Counted from the first letter of the stretch, positions 39,437 to 49,747 are shown. The stretch is 64,000 nt of DNA from an uncultured Acidimicrobiia bacterium (GCA_963836205.1 CAWIIV010000023.1:64001-128000), one strand, 5' to 3'. The notes: a model not told the origin generated them from the sequence alone. Made by a program: numbers and translations.

Positions 39437-40390
39437 CTACTGCTGGATCTGGCGCCGGATCTGGCCCCGCAGGCCCTTCACCCAATCGTCGGCCGCCCGC
39501 CACGACGCCTCCGCGTCCCTCCGGATCTCGGGACCCTTGTCGCCCGCCTTGGGGTAGGACCCGAGGAACTTGAGGCCCGCCAGCTGGGCGTGCAGGTCGC
39601 GGAGGCAGTCGGCCACCACCTCGTCGTCGACGTGGCCCCGGAGGTCGATGATGAAGCAGTAGTCGCCGAGCGAGCTCTTGGTGGGACGCGACTCCAGCTT
39701 CACCAGGTCGATGTTGCGGGCGGTGAACTGGCCGAGGATGGCGTGCAGGCTGCCGGGGTGGTTGTCGCGCTGGAAGCACACGATGCTGGTGACGTCGTGG
39801 CCGGTGGGCGCGGGGATGCCCGACCGGGCGACCGCCACGAAGCGGGTGGAGTTCTCGGGGTTGTCCTCCACGTCGGCCGCCAGCACCTCGAGGCCGTAGA
39901 GCTTGCCCGCCAGCGACGAGCCGAGGGCGGCCGTCCCCTCGGGGTGCGCCTCGCCCACCTGGCGGACGGCCTCGGCGGTGGAGTTGGCCGCCACCATCTG
40001 GGCGTGGGGCAGGTGCTCGTTGAAGAACGTCTGGCACTGGGCCATGGCCACGGGGAACGACACGACCCGGCGGACGTCGGCCAGGGTCGTACCCGGCGGG
40101 GCCAGCAGGTTCTGGCTGATGGCCATCACCACCTCCCGCTGGATGAGGAGGTCGTGCTCGAAGACGAGGCCGTCCATCACCTGGAGGACGGTGCCCTCGA
40201 TCGAGTTCTCGATGGCGACGAAGCCCAGGTCGATGTCACCCTTGGCGACGGCCGCGAGCACCAGGGGCATCGACGGCAGGGCGACGAGGTCTCCGGCGGC
40301 GAGGTCGGGCTGGCCCAGCAGCGCCTCCTCGCCGAAGGTGCCGTGGGGCCCGAGGAAGCCGACCCGGGGCGTGGGGGGCGTGGCGGCCAT
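39437..40390 (-). CDS. pheA: Prephenate dehydratase
   Basis: FLGPHGTF, IENSIEG, NSTRF, KLESRP, LGSYP. Confidence 0.95.
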   Translation of the reverse strand: MAATPPTPRVGFLGPHGTFGEEALLGQPDLAAGDLVALPSMPLVLAAVAKGDIDLGFVAIENSIEGTVLQVMDGLVFEHDLLIQREVVMAISQNLLAPPGTTLADVRRVVSFPVAMAQCQTFFNEHLPHAQMVAANSTAEAVRQVGEAHPEGTAALGSSLAGKLYGLEVLAADVEDNPENSTRFVAVARSGIPAPTGHDVTSIVCFQRDNHPGSLHAILGQFTARNIDLVKLESRPTKSSLGDYCFIIDLRGHVDDEVVADCLRDLHAQLAGLKFLGSYPKAGDKGPEIRRDAEASWRAADDWVKGLRGQIRRQIQQ

Positions 40391-40424
40391 GCCCAGCAGA
40401 GTAATGGCGACGATAATGGCCGCT

Positions 40425-41162
40425 GTGGACGAGCCGACGCTGCGAAATCTGCTGGACGACGTCCGCACCGGCGTGCTCTCGGCCGACGACGCCGTCGCCC
40501 GGCTGCGGCGGCTGCCCTTCGCCGACCTCGGATTCGCCCGGGTCGACCACCACCGGGCCCTGCGCCAGGGCTTCGGGGAGGCGGTGTACGGGCCGGGGAA
40601 GACCCCCGGGCACTGCGCCGCCATCGTGGACGAGCTGCTGGCGGGGGGTGGGAGCCCCGTGATCCTCACCCGGGCCGACGACGTCCAGGCGGAGGCGGCC
40701 ATGGCGATCAACCCCGGCTGCCTGCGCACCGGGACGACCCTGGTGTGGCGGCCACGCCACCTGCGCCCGGGCCGGATCCTGGTGCTCACCGCGGGGACGG
40801 CCGACCTGCCGGTGGCGGCGGAGTGCGTGGCCACCCTCCGGGGCCACGGGTTCGAGCCCAGCCTGGTGTCCGACGTGGGGGTGGCCGGCGTCCACCGGCT
40901 GCTGGCCACCGCCGACGAGCTGGCCGCGGCCGACGCGGTCGTGGTGGTGGCGGGGATGGAAGGCGCGCTGGCCAGCCTGGTGGGCGGGATGACGCCGGCG
41001 CCGGTGGTGGCGGTGCCCACCAGCGTGGGGTACGGGGCGTCGCTGGAGGGGGTCACCGCCCTGCTGGCCATGCTGGCGTCGTGCGCGTCGGGGCTGACGG
41101 TGGTCGGCATCGACAACGGGTTCGGCGCCGCCTGCGCGGTGGTGCGTATCCTCCCCGCGTGA
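40425..41162 (+). CDS. larB: Nickel-pincer cofactor biosynthesis protein LarB
   Basis: ARVDHHR, TAGTAD, DVGVAG, AGMEGAL, PTSVGYG, IDNGFGA. Confidence 0.92.
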   Translation: MDEPTLRNLLDDVRTGVLSADDAVARLRRLPFADLGFARVDHHRALRQGFGEAVYGPGKTPGHCAAIVDELLAGGGSPVILTRADDVQAEAAMAINPGCLRTGTTLVWRPRHLRPGRILVLTAGTADLPVAAECVATLRGHGFEPSLVSDVGVAGVHRLLATADELAAADAVVVVAGMEGALASLVGGMTPAPVVAVPTSVGYGASLEGVTALLAMLASCASGLTVVGIDNGFGAACAVVRILPA

Positions 41163-42352
41163 CCCGCACGGCCTGGTTCCACTGCTTCTCCGGGATCGCG
41201 GGCGACATGGCCCTCGGCAGCCTGGTCGACGCCGGGGCCGACCTGGCCGAGGTGGTGGGCCTCCTCGAGCGGCTTCCGGTGAAGGGGTGGTCGGTGGAGG
41301 CGGAGGCGGTGCTGCGGGCAGGCGTGGCCGCGACGAAGGTCCACGTCCGGTGCGAGGACACGGCCGTTGTCCGCACCTACGCCCACATCTCGGGACTGGT
41401 CGACGAGGCCCGGCTGCCGGAGCGGGTGCGCGACCGGACCCAGGCCGTGTTCGCGGCGCTGGCCGAGGTGGAGGGACGCCTCCACCGGCGCCCGCCGGAG
41501 CAGGTCCACTTCCACGAGGTGGGGGGTCTCGACGCCATCGTCGACGTGGTCGGTACGTGCGCCGCCCTGGAGGTGCTCGGCGTCGACCGGGTGACGGCCA
41601 GCCCGGTGGCGACGGGCCTGGGCATGGTCCGCAGCGCCCACGGCGTGATCCCCAACCCGGCCCCGGCGGTGCTGGAGCTGCTCCGGGGCGTCCCCACGTA
41701 CGGGCGGGAGATCAGCGTGGAGCTGACCACGCCCACCGGCGCGGCCCTGCTGGCGGCCATGGCCGTGGAGTACGGCCCCCTTCCCGAGCTGACCCTGGCC
41801 GCCACCGGCTACGGCGCCGGCGACCGCGACATCGACGGCCTGCCCAACGTGGTCCAGGTCGTGCTGGGCGACGCCCCGGCCGGGGAGCCGGAGACGACGC
41901 CCCGCCCCGGGCAGCCGGTGGTGCTGCTGGAGGTCAACGTCGACGACGCCACCGGCGAGGTGCTGGCCCACGCGGTGTCAGCCCTCATGGAGGCCGGCGC
42001 CCACGACGCCTGGCTGACACCCATCCTGATGAAGAAGGGACGCCCGGCCCACACCGTGAGCGCCCTGGGCGACCTGGCCCTGGCCGACCAGTTGGCGTCG
42101 GTCCTCACCGCCGAGACGGGCAGCCTGGGCGTCCGCGGCCTGACCCTCGAGCGCTGGCCGGCGGCCCGGGCGACGGCCGAGGTGGAGGTCGACGGGCTGC
42201 CGGTGCGGGTGAAGGTGAGTGCGGGCCGGGTGAAGGCGGAGCACGACGACGCGGTGCGGGTGGCCCGCCGCCAGGGCATCCCCCTGCGGGAGGTGCTGTC
42301 CCGGGCCGAGGCCGCCTGGCCCCGCGACCCGGGCCCCGACCGAGCCGGCTGA
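41159..42352 (+). CDS. larC: Nickel insertion protein LarC
   Basis: CFSGIAGDM, VHFHEVG, ELTTPTGA, NVDD, MKKGRP. Confidence 0.92.
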   Translation: MTRTAWFHCFSGIAGDMALGSLVDAGADLAEVVGLLERLPVKGWSVEAEAVLRAGVAATKVHVRCEDTAVVRTYAHISGLVDEARLPERVRDRTQAVFAALAEVEGRLHRRPPEQVHFHEVGGLDAIVDVVGTCAALEVLGVDRVTASPVATGLGMVRSAHGVIPNPAPAVLELLRGVPTYGREISVELTTPTGAALLAAMAVEYGPLPELTLAATGYGAGDRDIDGLPNVVQVVLGDAPAGEPETTPRPGQPVVLLEVNVDDATGEVLAHAVSALMEAGAHDAWLTPILMKKGRPAHTVSALGDLALADQLASVLTAETGSLGVRGLTLERWPAARATAEVEVDGLPVRVKVSAGRVKAEHDDAVRVARRQGIPLREVLSRAEAAWPRDPGPDRAG

Positions 42353-42353
42353 C

Positions 42354-42416
42354 CCCTCCGAACTGGTGACGGATTCGGCCGTCAGACGACCGACAGTGTC
42401 ACCGGTTGGCGGGGGG
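42354..42416. repeat. REP-like palindrome, copy 2
   Basis: aactGGTGAC-N27-GTCACCggtt between convergent genes. Confidence 0.55.
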
Positions 42417-42432
42417 CTGTCGGTCGCGGGGG

Positions 42433-44169
42433 TTATTCCTCGAACAGGTCCTCGCCCCGGCGGAGGCGGCCGGCGATGCGCACGACGTGGGGGAGCTCGC
42501 GGCGGGTGGGGGTGTGGGCGGCCAGGAAGCGGGCGGCCGCCACCAGGATCATGGCGCCCTCCTCCGACCCCGCCGGCCAGCCGTGGAACTGGCGGACCGC
42601 GGCCTCGACGATCTGGAACCAGTGGAAGCCGGCGTCCTCGGCCAGGAGGGCGTGGCCCAGAGCCGAGACCAGGGCGGCCGGGTCGCCACCGGCCCGGAGG
42701 TAGCCGTAGGCGATGGCGCCGGCCCGGTCGACGCCGCCCTGCTCGTCCCAGCAGGCCTGGAGGTCGGCGAGATCACCGCTGGAGGCGGTCGGGGGGCGGG
42801 CGGCGGGGACGTTGAGGAAGCGGTCGAGGTAGATCCGGAGGGCGGCATGGATCACGCCCCGGACCAGCTCGGGCGACGGGTGGCGGACCAGGCACTGGTG
42901 GAGGGCGTTGGCGTGGGTGAAGCCGTGGTGGACGACGTCCCAGTCGCCGAAGTCGTTCTGGACGTGGAACCGGGCGATGCGCAGGGCGGCGGCGTAGGCC
43001 ACCGCCTGCCCCAGCTGGTGGGGGGCCGCACCGGCGGCGACAGCGGCGAGGATGGAGTCCACGATGTGCTCGGGGTCGTCGACGAGCACGTCGTGGGCGA
43101 GGGCGGTGACCGCGGCGTCGTCGAACGCCCCCGCCGACACGCCGGCCGCGGCCGCGGCCAGGACGTCCGGCAGCCGGGCCTCGGTGCGGGCGACGAGGGC
43201 AGCCAGGTCGACCGGGTGGCGCCAGCGCCCGCCCTCCTCCGAGCGCTGGGCGGCCGCTGTCTGGTCGACGAGGGTGGGCAGCACCGCCGCCGCCCGCTCC
43301 CAGCCCACGTGGTCGAGGGCCTCGAAGGCCTTGTTGGTGAAGTCGACGGTGTGGCCGACGTCGAGGAAGACGTGGTCGGTGGCCGCGGCCAGCATCATCC
43401 TGGCCACGGCCGCGGGCTCGGCGCCAGCGGTGACGGCCGTCACCAGCGCCCGCTCGGCCGACTCCTCCGACCGGGTCTCGATGAAGCGCCGGTACCAGCC
43501 GGTCAGGCGCTCGACGGGCGGGGCGGGCGCCGACCCGTCCCCGACGCCCAAGGGAGCGAGGGGGAACCGGGGCGGGCGGCCCCGGGTGTCCCGGGCCACG
43601 AAGGCGAGGCCGTGGACCAGGGCCAGTCCCCGGTCGGACGGGTCGAGGTGGGGCAGGAGGTTGGCCATGGCGACCAGTACGGTGAGGCCCGAGCCCCAAC
43701 CCGCGGCCCGGTTGGCGATGCCGAAGTCGAGCCCGACCCGGACGATGGCCGCCGCCGGCTCCCCCGCCTCCAGGAGGGCCAGCACGGCCTTGGCCGTCAC
43801 CAGGGTGAGGCCGCTCTCCAGTCCCTCGGCCAGCCGCCGGCGGTGGTGCTCGACCCGGCCGTCGGCCGCCTCGACGACCACGAACACGTCGCCGCCGTCG
43901 ACCTCGACCGGGAAGGCCCGGGCGTCGTCGGCGAATGGGTCGAGGGTGCCACCGGTGGCCAGGTCGAAGCGGGCGTGGTGCCAGTGGCAGGTGACGAGGC
44001 CTTCCTCCACCGATCCCCGGTGGAGAGGGAAGCCCATGTGGGGGCAGCGGTCGTCGAGGGCGTAGGCCGTGTCGTCGTGCCAGATGACGCACACCCCGTG
44101 GGTGCCGACCTTGGCCAGGATCCGGCCTTCGGCCTGGAGGGCGTCGAGCGTGCCGACCCGGATGCGCAC
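42433..44169 (-). CDS. Rieske 2Fe-2S domain protein with long helical C-terminus
   Basis: CPHMGFPL..CHWHHARFDL. Confidence 0.85.
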   Translation of the reverse strand: MRIRVGTLDALQAEGRILAKVGTHGVCVIWHDDTAYALDDRCPHMGFPLHRGSVEEGLVTCHWHHARFDLATGGTLDPFADDARAFPVEVDGGDVFVVVEAADGRVEHHRRRLAEGLESGLTLVTAKAVLALLEAGEPAAAIVRVGLDFGIANRAAGWGSGLTVLVAMANLLPHLDPSDRGLALVHGLAFVARDTRGRPPRFPLAPLGVGDGSAPAPPVERLTGWYRRFIETRSEESAERALVTAVTAGAEPAAVARMMLAAATDHVFLDVGHTVDFTNKAFEALDHVGWERAAAVLPTLVDQTAAAQRSEEGGRWRHPVDLAALVARTEARLPDVLAAAAAGVSAGAFDDAAVTALAHDVLVDDPEHIVDSILAAVAAGAAPHQLGQAVAYAAALRIARFHVQNDFGDWDVVHHGFTHANALHQCLVRHPSPELVRGVIHAALRIYLDRFLNVPAARPPTASSGDLADLQACWDEQGGVDRAGAIAYGYLRAGGDPAALVSALGHALLAEDAGFHWFQIVEAAVRQFHGWPAGSEEGAMILVAAARFLAAHTPTRRELPHVVRIAGRLRRGEDLFEE

Positions 44170-44214
44170 GAAGGAATCCTCCCACCGGGGAGGGCCGGTC
44201 ACTAGCGTCTCGGC

Positions 44215-44676
44215 ATGCTCAAGGACTTCAAGGCCTTCATCCTCAGAGGCAATGTCGTCGACCTGGCGGTGGGGTTGGTGATCGGTGCCGCGTTCGGGGC
44301 TGTGATCACGTCGTTGGTGAAGGACGTGATCACGCCGTTGCTCGCCATTCCGGGCAAGACCAACTTCTCCGACCTGAAGATCACCGTGGGAGGCGGGGTG
44401 ATCCTCTACGGCAACTTCCTCAACGCGCTGATCGCATTCGTCCTCGTCGCCGCCGCGATGTACTTCTTCGTCGTCCGGCCGGTGAACAAGCTCATGGCCA
44501 GCCGCAAGACCGAACCCGACGTCGAGTCCACCACCCGCGACTGCCCGTGGTGCCTGAGCGCCATCCCGGTGGGTGCCCGGGCCTGCGCCTTCTGTACCCG
44601 GGAGGTGCCCGCACCGCCGCCTCCTCCGGCGCCGGCCGAGCCCGTGGCGGCGACGCCACCACCGCCCGCGGGATAA
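44215..44676 (+). CDS. mscL: Large-conductance mechanosensitive channel with C-terminal Zn ribbon
   Basis: FKAFILRGNVVDLAVGLVIGAAF; CPWC..CAFC. Confidence 0.95.
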   Translation: MLKDFKAFILRGNVVDLAVGLVIGAAFGAVITSLVKDVITPLLAIPGKTNFSDLKITVGGGVILYGNFLNALIAFVLVAAAMYFFVVRPVNKLMASRKTEPDVESTTRDCPWCLSAIPVGARACAFCTREVPAPPPPPAPAEPVAATPPPPAG

Positions 44677-44695
44677 CCGTCCGTCGGTGTCCATG

Positions 44696-44755
44696 CCCAA
44701 CCTGGTGACACTTTTGGGCGCCAGGACGCCCGAAAACGTCACCGGTTGGAGGGGT
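44696..44755. repeat. REP-like palindrome, copy 3
   Basis: caacctGGTGAC-acttttgggcg-ccagga-cgcccgaaaac-GTCACCggttgg hairpin. Confidence 0.55.
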
Positions 44756-44872
44756 GGGAGGCGGATTGGGTGAGGGGCAAGCTCGTCCGGGCGGCAAGGC
44801 GAGTACGGGTGGACGAGCCCGCTCAGGCCCCCCACCGTACGGACCGTTCGTTTCCGACCAGTCGCCTCCGTG

Positions 44873-45661
44873 TCAACGGCGGATGAACCCGGGGTCGAGC
44901 CACTCGGCGGTGGCCGTCCAGGCGGGCGACCGGGGGTCGATGAGGTCCATGTGGCTGGCGCCGGCGACGACCCGGACCTCCACAGGGTCGCCCGCCGCTT
45001 GCGCCCGGCGGGCGTAGTCGAGGCTCTGCTCGGGGGGGACGGTCCCGTCGTTCCCGCCGTGCACCACCAGCTGGCGGACGCCCGGGCCGAGGGGCAGGCG
45101 TTCGGCCGGTGAGCCCAGGCGGTAGCGGTCGGGCACCTCCTCCGGCCCACCACCGAGGAAGCGAACGACGCCCGGTCCGATCACCGACCGCCGGCCACGG
45201 GCGGCGGCGGCCAGGTCGAGCACGCCCGACAGCGAGACCGCGGCCCACACGGCCACCTCCGGGTGGGCGCCCGGGGCTCCGTCGGGGAGTCCGGGCCGGG
45301 CCGCCGCCCAGAGCGCCAGCGTGGCTCCTGCGGAGTGGCCGACGGCGGCAACCCGGCCGAGGTCGGCCAGGTCGGCGTGGTCGGCCAGCGAGTCGACGCC
45401 GGCGGCGACGTCGGCGAAGGTCGCCGGCCACCCGCCCCCGGACCACCTCGACCCCACCCGCCGGTACTCCAGGTTCCAGACCAGCCAACCCCGCTGGGCC
45501 AGGTCGGCGCACACCGAGTCCATGAGCTCGCGCCCGTAGGAGTCCAGCCACAGCCCACCGTGGATGCTCACCACCACCGGGTGCGGTCCCGACCCTCGGT
45601 CCGCCGGCAGCCACGCCTCCACGAACTGGTCGCGGTGCGACCCGTAGCGACAGACCTTCAT
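44873..45661 (-). CDS. Alpha/beta hydrolase (esterase-like)
   Basis: IHGGLW, EYRRVG, GHSAG, VHGGNDGTV, ASH. Confidence 0.88.
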   Translation of the reverse strand: MKVCRYGSHRDQFVEAWLPADRGSGPHPVVVSIHGGLWLDSYGRELMDSVCADLAQRGWLVWNLEYRRVGSRWSGGGWPATFADVAAGVDSLADHADLADLGRVAAVGHSAGATLALWAAARPGLPDGAPGAHPEVAVWAAVSLSGVLDLAAAARGRRSVIGPGVVRFLGGGPEEVPDRYRLGSPAERLPLGPGVRQLVVHGGNDGTVPPEQSLDYARRAQAAGDPVEVRVVAGASHMDLIDPRSPAWTATAEWLDPGFIRR

Positions 45662-45677
45662 ACTGCGGTAGGAATCC

Positions 45678-47258
45678 CTACGTCCGGTCGCGATACCAGA
45701 CCGTTGCCGACCCGGGGATCCGCCCGCCCTCGGGGAGGGGCCCGCTGGCAAGGACGACCTCCATCGTCGCTCCGACCGCGCCCGGCCGGTCGGCCGCCGT
45801 GCCGCCGAGGTTGACCACGCACACGAACGCCGGTCCTCGGCGGAAGGCGAGCACCTCGTCGCCGGCATCGATCCACTCCAGAGGCTCGTCCCCGACCTCC
45901 CCCTTCCGCATACGGAGCGCCTCCCGGTACAGGCTGAGCATGGAGTACGGGTCCCCCGCCTGGCGCGCCGCGGTCAGCGCCGCCCACCCCGCCGGCTGGG
46001 GCAGCCACGGCTCACTGCTCTCCGGCCCGAACCCGAACGGGGCCGCCGAGCCCGACCACGGCAGGGGCACTCGGCACCCGTCCCGGCCCCGTTCCTCGCC
46101 CCCGGTGCGGAAGAACGTCGGGTCCTGCAGCACCTCGTCGGGCAGGTCGGTGACCTGGGGCAGGCCCAGCTCCTCGCCCTGGTAGACGTAGGCGCCGCCG
46201 GGGAGGGCGAGCATGAGCAGGGCCGCGGCCCGGGCCCGGCGCACACCCTCGTCGCCCCCGCCGTAACGGGTGACGTGGCGGACGAAGTCGTGGTTCGACA
46301 GCACCCACGTCGGGGGGGCGCCCACCGCGGCCAGGGCGTCGATGCTGGAGTCGATGGCGGCCCGCAGCCCGGCCGCGTCCCACGGGGCGAGGAGGAACTC
46401 GAAGTTGAAGGCGGTGTGCAGCTCGTCGGGGCGCAGGTAGCGGGCCAGCTGCACCGGCGTCTCCACCCACGCCTCCCCCACGAAGGCCACGTCCCGGTCG
46501 TACGAGTCGGTGATCCGCCGCCACCGGCGGTAGACGTCGTGGACGTCGTCGCGGTCCCAGTGCGGGTGGCCGGCGGCGGCCGCGCCCGCCACCGCGAAGC
46601 CGGCGGCCAGGTCGGGCAGGGCCGGGTCCTTGGCCAGGCCGTGGGCGACGTCGATGCGGAACCCGTCGACGCCCCGGTCGAGCCAGAAGCGCAGGATCGA
46701 GTCGAACTCGGCCCGCACCTCCTCGTTGGTCCAGTCCAGGTCGGGCTGCTCGGGGGCGAAGAGGTGGAGGTACCACTGGCCGTCGGGCGTTCGGGCCCAC
46801 GCCGGTCCCCCGAACACGCTCTGCCAGTCATTCGGCGGGAGGTCGCCGGACTCGCCCCGCCCGTTGCGGAACACGTACCGGGCCCGCTCGGGGCTGCCCG
46901 GTGCGGACGCCAGGGCGGCGCGGAACCACGGGTGCTCGCTCGACGTGTGGTTGGGTACGAGGTCGACGATCACCCGCAGCCCGAGGCGGTGGGCGTCGGC
47001 GACGAGGGCGTCGAAGTCGGCCAGGGTGCCGAAGGTGGGCTCGACGTCGCGGTAGTCGGAGACGTCGTAGCCGGCGTCGGCCTGGGGCGACGGGTAGAAC
47101 GGGTTGAGCCAGATGGCGTCGACGCCGAGGTCGGCGACGTAGCCCAGCCGGGAGCGCACGCCCGGCAGGTCGCCGATCCCGTCGCCGTCGGAGTCGGCGA
47201 AGCTCCGGACGTACACCTGGTAGATGACCGCCCGCCGCCACCAGGGGATGTCGGCCAC
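45678..47258 (-). CDS. GH13 alpha-glucosidase
   Basis: YQVYVRSFADSDGDGIGDL, DLVPNH, GFRIDVAH, SNHD, YQGEELGL. Confidence 0.93.
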   Translation of the reverse strand: MADIPWWRRAVIYQVYVRSFADSDGDGIGDLPGVRSRLGYVADLGVDAIWLNPFYPSPQADAGYDVSDYRDVEPTFGTLADFDALVADAHRLGLRVIVDLVPNHTSSEHPWFRAALASAPGSPERARYVFRNGRGESGDLPPNDWQSVFGGPAWARTPDGQWYLHLFAPEQPDLDWTNEEVRAEFDSILRFWLDRGVDGFRIDVAHGLAKDPALPDLAAGFAVAGAAAAGHPHWDRDDVHDVYRRWRRITDSYDRDVAFVGEAWVETPVQLARYLRPDELHTAFNFEFLLAPWDAAGLRAAIDSSIDALAAVGAPPTWVLSNHDFVRHVTRYGGGDEGVRRARAAALLMLALPGGAYVYQGEELGLPQVTDLPDEVLQDPTFFRTGGEERGRDGCRVPLPWSGSAAPFGFGPESSEPWLPQPAGWAALTAARQAGDPYSMLSLYREALRMRKGEVGDEPLEWIDAGDEVLAFRRGPAFVCVVNLGGTAADRPGAVGATMEVVLASGPLPEGGRIPGSATVWYRDRT

Positions 47259-47260
47259 GC

Positions 47261-47719
47261 CTACCCGGGGATGCTCCGGCCGACCCGGACCCGGTTGCCG
47301 CCGGGGTCGACCACGTGGAACTCGCGCATCCCCCACGGCTCGTCCCGGACGGGTGAGACGGGCAGCCCGGCCGCTGTCCACGCGGCGTGGACCTGGTCGA
47401 CGTCGCCCACGTGGAGGTACGCCGCGCCCCGGTCCCGATCGGCGGTGGCCGCCACGAGATGGAGCTCGACGCCCTCGTGCTCGGCGGCGGCGAAATCCGC
47501 TCCGTAGCGCTCGACCCCGAAGCCGGCGGCGGTCCAGAAGGCGTCCGAGGCAGCCAGGTCCGGGGTCGCCAACACCGGTACGGCCCGCACCATGGCCGGA
47601 TCCCTACGGGACAGGAGCCAGGTCAGGCAGCCGGCGCAGACCCCGATCTCGGCCCGGGCCCGCAGCCGGTCGAGCTCATCCTCGGGGTACTCCCGCTCGC
47701 AGCAGAAGCACGCGCCCAC
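47261..47719 (-). CDS. VOC/bleomycin-resistance family protein with N-terminal Cys4 motif
   Basis: CFCC..CAGC; PWGMREFHVVDPGGN. Confidence 0.8.
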   Translation of the reverse strand: MGACFCCEREYPEDELDRLRARAEIGVCAGCLTWLLSRRDPAMVRAVPVLATPDLAASDAFWTAAGFGVERYGADFAAAEHEGVELHLVAATADRDRGAAYLHVGDVDQVHAAWTAAGLPVSPVRDEPWGMREFHVVDPGGNRVRVGRSIPG

Positions 47720-47720
47720 G

Positions 47721-47993
47721 TCAGCCCCGGCAGAGCTCGAAGGCGACGGCCACGATCTCCTTGGCGATCCGGGCCGACTCGTCGTCGGTGAGCATGGCCC
47801 GGGTGATGGGGTTGCCACCGAGCTTGGCGGTGAGCTCCTCGACCCGGGGCTGGAGGGCCTCGGGGAGGTCGGCGACGGTCACGTTGGCCAGCGACGACGT
47901 CCACGCCCGGTTCAGCCGCTGCTGGATCGCCCCGTGCGACACCAACTCGGTCACCGCGGCCACGAACAGCTCCCCTGCCGGACTGGGTTCCAT
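47721..47993 (-). CDS. Hypothetical protein
   Basis: 90-aa ORF with typical codon use, adjoining the VOC gene. Confidence 0.55.
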   Translation of the reverse strand: MEPSPAGELFVAAVTELVSHGAIQQRLNRAWTSSLANVTVADLPEALQPRVEELTAKLGGNPITRAMLTDDESARIAKEIVAVAFELCRG

Positions 47994-48262
47994 GGGAGTC
48001 GACGGTATCGCCGGGACGGCCGGTGCGGCGCCGGCGACCCCCACCGACCGGTGAACGGGGACGCTGGTCTGCGCCGTTCCGACTCACCGGTTCGCCGTGG
48101 TGCGGCGCCGGGACGCCCGTCCGGTACCATGGAGCAAGCGACGGGGCCGATCGGCGTCGTCGGGGTCGAGTGCGAAGCGCACCCAAAGCGCAGGGTTTCC
48201 GTTCTTCGGAGCGTGTGGCCGCAGCATCAACGGCCAACCTCCAACTGAAAAGGAAACACCCC

Positions 48263-49747
48263 ATGTCACCCGCACCCACGGGCGCACGCCGTCGCGGTCG
48301 CCGCCCGTCGCAGCCCTCCCTCCCGGCCGGCCGCCGGCCCTTCACCGAGCCGATCGCGGCCGCCCCCGCCTTCGAGGTGGTCGACGTCCCGGTCGAGGGG
48401 ACGACCTTCGCCGAGCTGGGCGTCCCCGCCCCCATCGTGGCCGCCCTCGAGCGGGCCGGCTGCCCCACGCCGTTCCCCATCCAGGCCGCCACCCTGAAGA
48501 GCTCACTGGCCGGGCGCGACGTCCTCGGCCGGGCCCGCACCGGCAGCGGCAAGACCGCCGCCTTCGCCATCCCCATCGTGGTGGCGATCGCCAAGTCCAC
48601 TCGCAACCGGCGACCGAACCACCCCCGCTCGCTCGTGCTCGTCCCCACCCGGGAGCTGGCGGCCCAGGTGGCGGCCGCCATCGACCCGTTGGCGGTGGCC
48701 ATGGGCCTGCGCCGGGTGGCCGTGATCCACGGCGGGGTCAGCCAGGGCCCGCAGGTCACCGCCCTCCGCCAGGGTGTCGACGTGCTCGTCGCCTGCCCCG
48801 GGCGGCTGGAGGACCTCATCCAGCAGGGCCACTGCCGCCTCGACGAGGTGCAGGTCTGCGTCCTCGACGAGGCCGACCACCTCGCCGACCTGGGCTTTCT
48901 GCCCGCGGTCAAGCGCATCCTCGACCAGACCCCGCCCCGGGGCCAGCGCATGCTGTTCTCGGCCACCCTCGACCGGGCGGTCGACGCGGTCGTGCGCCGT
49001 TACCTCGAGAACCCCATCACCCACTCGGTCGACAACGTCGACGCCACCCCGCCCGACCTCGAGCACCACGCCTTCACGGTGACCATGGAGGACAAGCCCG
49101 CCGTCGTGCGGGAACTGGCCTCCGGCCGGGAGCGCAGCCTGCTCTTCACCCGCACCAAGCACGGGGCCAAGAAGCTGGCCAAGGACCTGACCGCCCGGGG
49201 CATCCCCGCCCTCGACCTCCACGGGAACCTGTCGCAGTCCCAGCGCGATCGCAACCTGGCCTCGTTCGCCGACGGCTCCACCCGGGTCCTGGTCGCCACC
49301 GACATCGCCGCCCGCGGCATCCACGTCGACGACATCGCCCTCGTGGTCCACGTCGACCCGCCCACCGAGCACAAGGCCTACCTCCACCGCTCCGGACGCA
49401 CCGCCCGGGCCGGGGCCAAGGGGACGGTCGTCACCGTGATCCTGCCCGACCAGGTCCGCGACGTGGCCTCCATGATCCGCCAGGCCGGCATCCGCCCCGC
49501 CGCCGCCCGCGTCGGCCCCGGCGCCCGGGAGACGCGGGCCCTCGCCGGCCCCGCGGCGGAGCCCGTCTTCCGGCCCCAGGCGGAGGCGCCCGTCACGGCC
49601 CGGCCCGGCCCCACCCGCGGCCGCCCGTCGGCCGGTCGCGGTGGCAGTGGCAGCGGCCGCCCGTCGTTCCCGGCCGGAGGCTCCGGCCGTCGTACGCCGT
49701 GGCCCGCATCGAGCGCCGCCGGCGGCCCCCGGAGACGTCCTCGCTGA
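48263..49747 (+). CDS. DEAD-box RNA helicase
   Basis: Q motif PFPIQ, GSGKT, PTRELA, DEAD, SAT, ARGIHV, HRSGRTAR. Confidence 0.95.
   Translation: MSPAPTGARRRGRRPSQPSLPAGRRPFTEPIAAAPAFEVVDVPVEGTTFAELGVPAPIVAALERAGCPTPFPIQAATLKSSLAGRDVLGRARTGSGKTAAFAIPIVVAIAKSTRNRRPNHPRSLVLVPTRELAAQVAAAIDPLAVAMGLRRVAVIHGGVSQGPQVTALRQGVDVLVACPGRLEDLIQQGHCRLDEVQVCVLDEADHLADLGFLPAVKRILDQTPPRGQRMLFSATLDRAVDAVVRRYLENPITHSVDNVDATPPDLEHHAFTVTMEDKPAVVRELASGRERSLLFTRTKHGAKKLAKDLTARGIPALDLHGNLSQSQRDRNLASFADGSTRVLVATDIAARGIHVDDIALVVHVDPPTEHKAYLHRSGRTARAGAKGTVVTVILPDQVRDVASMIRQAGIRPAAARVGPGARETRALAGPAAEPVFRPQAEAPVTARPGPTRGRPSAGRGGSGSGRPSFPAGGSGRRTPWPASSAAGGPRRRPR

Noticed and set aside
38918-45153. Very long ORFs (1144, 844 and 906 aa)
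   Set aside because: GC-rich upstream extensions of larC, pheA and the Rieske gene that run antisense to, or out of frame with, real genes and a tRNA
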